Shown here one piece after another: positions 60,501 to 64,000 of a stretch of DNA of 64,000 bases; position 1 is the stretch's first letter; every line of letters starts with the position of its first letter. The notes below the pieces were generated by a model. The model made no database searches and was not told where the DNA came from. It saw nothing but the letters and a program-made list of their open reading frames with translations. The translations under genes were made by a program, and so were the position numbers. The stretch spans positions 140,679-204,678 of the forward strand of contig CAYPSS010000001.1 of NCBI GenBank assembly GCA_964413735.1, read 5' to 3'. This DNA comes from an uncultured Gammaproteobacteria bacterium. GTDB lineage: Bacteria; Patescibacteriota; Patescibacteriia; UBA11705.

Positions 60501-61535
60501 CCGGGAACTCAGCTTACTATGAGAACTTTCCATACCGGAGGTGTGGCCGGTGGTGATGATATTACTCAAGGTTTACCGCGAGTCGAAGAAGTTTTTGAAG
60601 CGCGTACTCCGAAGAAAAAAGCCTTGATCAGTGAAGTAACCGGTAAAGTGAAAATTACGGAAATGCCTCGCACGATTAATGGACCCAAGGGTGAAATTAT
60701 TGCGCGAACTTCATTTGGTGAAAAGGTTCTTAAAATTGCTTATCATGCGGAAGATGCGGTGGATTATAAGTACAATCCGACAGAAGTAAAATTAAAAGTC
60801 AAAAATGGTCAAGCGGTCAAGGAGGGAGATACTTTATTCATTGATCAAAATAAGAATAAATTAAAAACTTCAAAAGATGGTATTGTGACCTTGAAAGATG
60901 ATGTAATTGAAATTCGCAACATTGGGATGCAAGAAAAAGAATATGTCGTACCGGCAGGAACTGTTTTGTGGATTAAAGATGGTGAAGAAGTGCAAAAAGG
61001 AACACAATTAACCGAAGGTAGTGTTGATTTAGATCAACTTTATACCATTAGTGGCAAAGAAGCGGTTGGTAAATATATTTTGAAAGAAATTCAATATATT
61101 TATAAATCGCAAGGTCAACCGTTAAATGATAAGCATATTGAGATTATCATTAAGCAAATGTTTTCCCGCGTGTATGTAAATGATCCCGGGGATACTAATT
61201 TACTTGAAGGCGAAGTGGTGGAATATTCTGAATTGCGAGAAGAAAATGAACGAGTTGTTAAAGAAGGCGGTAAATCGGCGGATTACAACCAAATTTTCTT
61301 GGGTATCTCCAAAGTGTCATTATCTACCAAGAGCTTTTTAGCGGCCGCTTCGTTCCAGGAAACCGCTCGGGTATTAATCAACGCCGCCATAAATGGTAAG
61401 GTTGATAAATTGGAAGGATTAAAGGAAAATGTTATTATCGGTCGATTAATTCCGGCCGGTACGGGGTTGGAGTTAGAGGTTGGTGAAGGTGAAACGGAAA
61501 TGTTAGCCGAAGAACAAGTGGTAGAACAAAAATAA
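57588..61535 (+). CDS. rpoC: DNA-directed RNA polymerase subunit beta'
   Basis: 1315 aa; zinc motif CYCGKYKK...CDKCG, NADFDGD catalytic motif. Confidence 0.95.
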   Translation: MGEALKISDFNSIRLKLASPDEIRSWSHGEVLRPETINYRTQKPEKDGLFCEKIFGPSKDWECYCGKYKKIRYKGIVCDKCGVEVTRAVVRRQRMGHINLSSPVSHIWFLRGVPSKVGLVLDMSVQKLEKVIYFASFIVTEVDEEARKEEIEKLKREYLSRKKSYESQYNQKLDLIEKNDQLNAKEKKAQVKELEEWKTTEFASLEEEYVMSDRDLKDLRPLAVISEAQYHDLSLKYGHVFDAGIGADSVQKLLKAFDVKKTIEVLEKELKEDRGGKKKKLINRIKLLKSLDRNGLKPEWMILNSIPVIPPDLRPMVPLDGGRFATSDLNDLYRRVISRNNRLKRLSELNAPEVICRNEKRMLQEAVDALIDNSARHTKTTTASTGQKRSLKSIADYLKGKQGRFRQNLLGKRIDYSGRSVIVVGPKLKLNQCGIPKNMALELFKPFVISRLIKQELVHNIRSANRFIESDRSEVWDILEDIIKSAHVLLNRAPTLHRLGIQAFAPILIEGKAIQLHPLVCTAFNADFDGDQMAVHVPLTEDAKKEARERMLSTRNLLKPATGNPITVPNMDMVWGSYYVTGMEQTPENKIKVFASAEEAKMAYALRKITLRDKIKVRISNHKSISKKINDDILETTLGRVMFNENLPEKLPYYNEMIDKKKMGEIVKLCLEFYSFDEVAKVLDKIKDFGFKQLTKSGFSWGMNDVPEIKEKQYLVAEGNRRVDEVNEQYENGLLTFDERYSKVIEIWTDIKDKVTAVTKQSLDATGPVYSMINSGARGSWGQVTQMMGMKGLVTNPAGQIIELPVKANFREGFTVLEYYISSHGSRKGLTDTALRTANAGYLTRRLVDVAQDVIVIQEDCGDEEGKIFTKAESEEMNETLVERIVGRYLLSDLKDAATGKVLVKAGEVITDKIGRELVKHNVEQVHVRSVLSCKLPRGVCQKCYGYDLAYNRNVDIGTAVGTIAAQSIGEPGTQLTMRTFHTGGVAGGDDITQGLPRVEEVFEARTPKKKALISEVTGKVKITEMPRTINGPKGEIIARTSFGEKVLKIAYHAEDAVDYKYNPTEVKLKVKNGQAVKEGDTLFIDQNKNKLKTSKDGIVTLKDDVIEIRNIGMQEKEYVVPAGTVLWIKDGEEVQKGTQLTEGSVDLDQLYTISGKEAVGKYILKEIQYIYKSQGQPLNDKHIEIIIKQMFSRVYVNDPGDTNLLEGEVVEYSELREENERVVKEGGKSADYNQIFLGISKVSLSTKSFLAAASFQETARVLINAAINGKVDKLEGLKENVIIGRLIPAGTGLELEVGEGETEMLAEEQVVEQK

Positions 61536-61549
61536 AATTTGAATTTAAT

Positions 61550-63394
61550 ATGAAAAATGGAATTGTGAAAAACATTATATTTTTCATTGCCTCAGTTTTA
61601 ATTATTGGCGCGTTATTCAGTTTGTATAATTTTGATGCTTCCAGTAAGCAACCGGCTGATTTGCAAAAAATGGTAGCGCAAATCAATGATGAGAAAGTGG
61701 AAAAAGTTGAGGTTTTTGGCAATGAATTAAATGTGACATTGCTTGATGGTACGATTCTTGTGGTCAAAAAAGAAGCGGGAAGTTCTTTTACCGATATAAT
61801 GTCCGGTTACAATGTTGCTCCGGAAAAGCTACAGAAGTTTTCTTTGGAAGTAAAAGATGAAGAAGGTTGGGGGTATTTTGCGTCCAATATTTTACCCTAT
61901 TTATTTCCGGTTTTATTGATTGTGCTTTTCTTTTGGTTTATGTTTCGTCAAATTCAGGGTGCTAATCGTTCGGCTATGAGTTTTGGTCAATCGCAAGCGC
62001 GAGAAAATAAACCTAATGATAAAAATCGAATTACATTTAAAAATGTCGCCGGAGTAACTGAAGCCAAAGAAGAATTAAGTGAGATTGTGGAGTTTCTTAA
62101 AACTCCGAAAAAGTTTTCTGCTTTGGGAGCGAAAATTCCCAAAGGTGTTTTATTGATGGGACCGCCGGGAACAGGGAAAACTTTGCTCGCTCGGGCGGTA
62201 GCCGGAGAAGCCGGAGTGCCGTTTTTCAGTATTTCCGGTTCGGAATTTGTGGAAATGTTTGTGGGGGTTGGCGCTTCACGCGTGCGTGATTTATTCAAAC
62301 GTGCGAAAAAAAATGCGCCCGCCATTGTGTTTGTAGATGAAATTGATGCCGTTGGTCGACAGCGTGGCGCCGGTTTGGGCGGATCGCATGATGAACGAGA
62401 ACAAACTTTGAATCAAATTTTAACGGAAATGGATGGGTTTGAACCTCATACCAATGTTATCGTCGTGGCGGCCACCAATCGTCCTGATGTTTTGGACCCG
62501 GCCCTTTTGCGACCGGGACGCTTTGATCGGCGCGTTGTCCTGGATTTACCGGACATTAAAGATCGTAATGAAATATTACAAGTACATGCTAAAAATAAAC
62601 CGCTCGAAGAAAAAGTTGATTTACAAAAAGTAGCGGAAAGAACGCCGGGATTTTCCGGTGCGGATTTGGAAAATGTATTAAATGAAGCGGCGATTTTCGC
62701 GGCGCGAAAAAATCAAAAGAAAATTACGGAAAATGATGTTTTGCAAAGTATTGAAAAGGTGATGCTTGGTCCGGAAAGGAAAAGCCACATTTTGTCACCG
62801 GAAGAAAAAAAAGTTACCGCTTATCATGAAGCTGGTCATGCACTAGTGGCGCATTTATTACCAAATGCCGATCCGGTTCATAAGGTTTCTATTATTTCTC
62901 GCGGTCATGCGGCCGGTTATACTATGAGTTTGCCTGAAAGTGACAAATACTTGCATACCAAATCAGAATTTATTGATGAGCTTGCCGTCTTGCTTGCCGG
63001 ACATACTACGGAAAAACAAATTTTCGGTGAAGTGACTACCGGTGCTTCCAATGATTTGCAAAAGGCCACCGATTTGGCGCGTAATTTGATCACTCGTTAT
63101 GGGATGAGTGATAAATTGGTACCGCGAATTTACGGTGAAAAAGAAGAATTGGTTTTCTTGGGGCGTGATATTCGCGAGCAACGAAACTATTCGGAAAAAG
63201 TGGCGGAAATCATTGATGAACAAATTGATTATTTAATTGATAATGCGGTGAAAACCGTTCATCGAATAATTACGGACAATCAAGAAAAATTGGAAACGAT
63301 TGTGAAGGAACTCTTGGAAAAAGAAACCATTGAAAAAGAAAAATTTATTGAATTGGTTGGTCCGGCGGTTAGAAAACTCAAAGAAAATAAATAA
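61550..63394 (+). CDS. ftsH: ATP-dependent zinc metalloprotease FtsH
   Basis: 614 aa; two TMs, Walker [12 protein letters not shown], zinc motif HEAGHA. Confidence 0.95.
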   Translation: MKNGIVKNIIFFIASVLIIGALFSLYNFDASSKQPADLQKMVAQINDEKVEKVEVFGNELNVTLLDGTILVVKKEAGSSFTDIMSGYNVAPEKLQKFSLEVKDEEGWGYFASNILPYLFPVLLIVLFFWFMFRQIQGANRSAMSFGQSQARENKPNDKNRITFKNVAGVTEAKEELSEIVEFLKTPKKFSALGAKIPKGVLLMGPPGTGKTLLARAVAGEAGVPFFSISGSEFVEMFVGVGASRVRDLFKRAKKNAPAIVFVDEIDAVGRQRGAGLGGSHDEREQTLNQILTEMDGFEPHTNVIVVAATNRPDVLDPALLRPGRFDRRVVLDLPDIKDRNEILQVHAKNKPLEEKVDLQKVAERTPGFSGADLENVLNEAAIFAARKNQKKITENDVLQSIEKVMLGPERKSHILSPEEKKVTAYHEAGHALVAHLLPNADPVHKVSIISRGHAAGYTMSLPESDKYLHTKSEFIDELAVLLAGHTTEKQIFGEVTTGASNDLQKATDLARNLITRYGMSDKLVPRIYGEKEELVFLGRDIREQRNYSEKVAEIIDEQIDYLIDNAVKTVHRIITDNQEKLETIVKELLEKETIEKEKFIELVGPAVRKLKENK

Positions 63395-63539
63395 TTGAAA
63401 TTGTTTTTTATATAAAAAAATCTTCTTCGGAGGATTTTTTTGTTTTTTTATTTCAATACAAATAAAAATGTGTTATAATATTATTGAAATAAAAATAAAA
63501 TCAAACGCAAAATAAAATTGTGTTTGTTCGTTTACCAAT

Positions 63540-64000
63540 ATGGGAAATTTTTATCGTAGTTTGTTAAAACGATCATGGGAAATAAGTTGGAAGTACAAAT
63601 GGTTATGGTTGTTTGGTTTTTTTGCCACTTTACTTGGCAATGGGACTTTCTATGAGTCGGTATTGCGAGGATTTACTAATTTAAGTGAAGGTCGATCAAT
63701 TTTTTATACCATCAAAGAGTATGTTAATTCCGGTCTTTTGAGTATATTTTCTTGGACCAGACTTTTGGAATTATGGGAAACGGATTCCACTTTTGTCAGC
63801 TTATCGGTTTTGACTTTAATTACAATCTTGTTGGTAGTGGCGATTTTCATTGTGATGTCAGTCGTATCGCAAATTGCCATTATTAAATCGGCGGTGACTT
63901 TGGATGAGAAAAAGAAAATTACCAAACTTCAAGCTTTTCGGTCCGGTATGGAAAAATTTTGGCCGGTATTTTGGCTTAATGTTATTACCAGAGTTTTGAT
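63540..64000 (+). CDS. hypothetical membrane protein, 5' fragment (runs off the window)
   Basis: open frame from ATG 63540 to window end (MGNFYRSLLKRSWEISWKYKWLWLFGFFATLLGNGTF...), several hydrophobic segments. Confidence 0.4.
   Translation, partial: MGNFYRSLLKRSWEISWKYKWLWLFGFFATLLGNGTFYESVLRGFTNLSEGRSIFYTIKEYVNSGLLSIFSWTRLLELWETDSTFVSLSVLTLITILLVVAIFIVMSVVSQIAIIKSAVTLDEKKKITKLQAFRSGMEKFWPVFWLNVITRVL

Overview
This is an AT-rich (roughly one-third GC) bacterial chromosomal segment read with the standard genetic code. The long housekeeping ORFs are uninterrupted, so I rejected a UGA-recoded code. The mix of short YidC, a 390-aa S1, an extended S6, a fused PyrB-PyrI and many lineage-specific small paralogs looks like a reduced-genome, possibly Patescibacteria/CPR-like organism; that is inference only. 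Conserved genes: tsaD-tsaE, an orphan pilB-type ATPase, ychF, groES-groEL with an upstream CIRCE operator, yidC, nusA, rpsF-ssb-rpsR, ftsK/rodZ-like/recA, clpP, a VanW protein, hsp20, hup, ymdB-rny, a PyrB-PyrI fusion, rpsA, an MBL-fold hydrolase, gyrA, nrnA-rbfA, a Mur ligase/nucleotidyltransferase/DUF333 operon, rpoB-rpoC and ftsH. Accessory content sits mainly at about 8.6-19.9 kb, 38.7-40.6 kb, 46.3-48.3 kb and 52.4-53.9 kb. It is made of tandem paralog modules, each with its own near-consensus TTGACA-N17-TAAGAT/TATAAT promoter and a palindromic terminator. Several modules keep near-identical flanks around strongly diverged coding sequences. Two loci encode a shared family of N-terminal C2HC zinc-finger proteins. 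One array of five small single-pass membrane protein genes preserves its duplication junction. I found no transposase, integrase or CRISPR array. Three GC-enriched, ORF-free, hairpin-dense intergenic islands (about 2.5 kb, 28.2-28.6 kb, 45.9-46.3 kb) and a promoter-bounded transcript (29.6 kb) are candidate structured RNAs whose class I could not assign by eye. All family assignments are from motif reading only; no database search was run.
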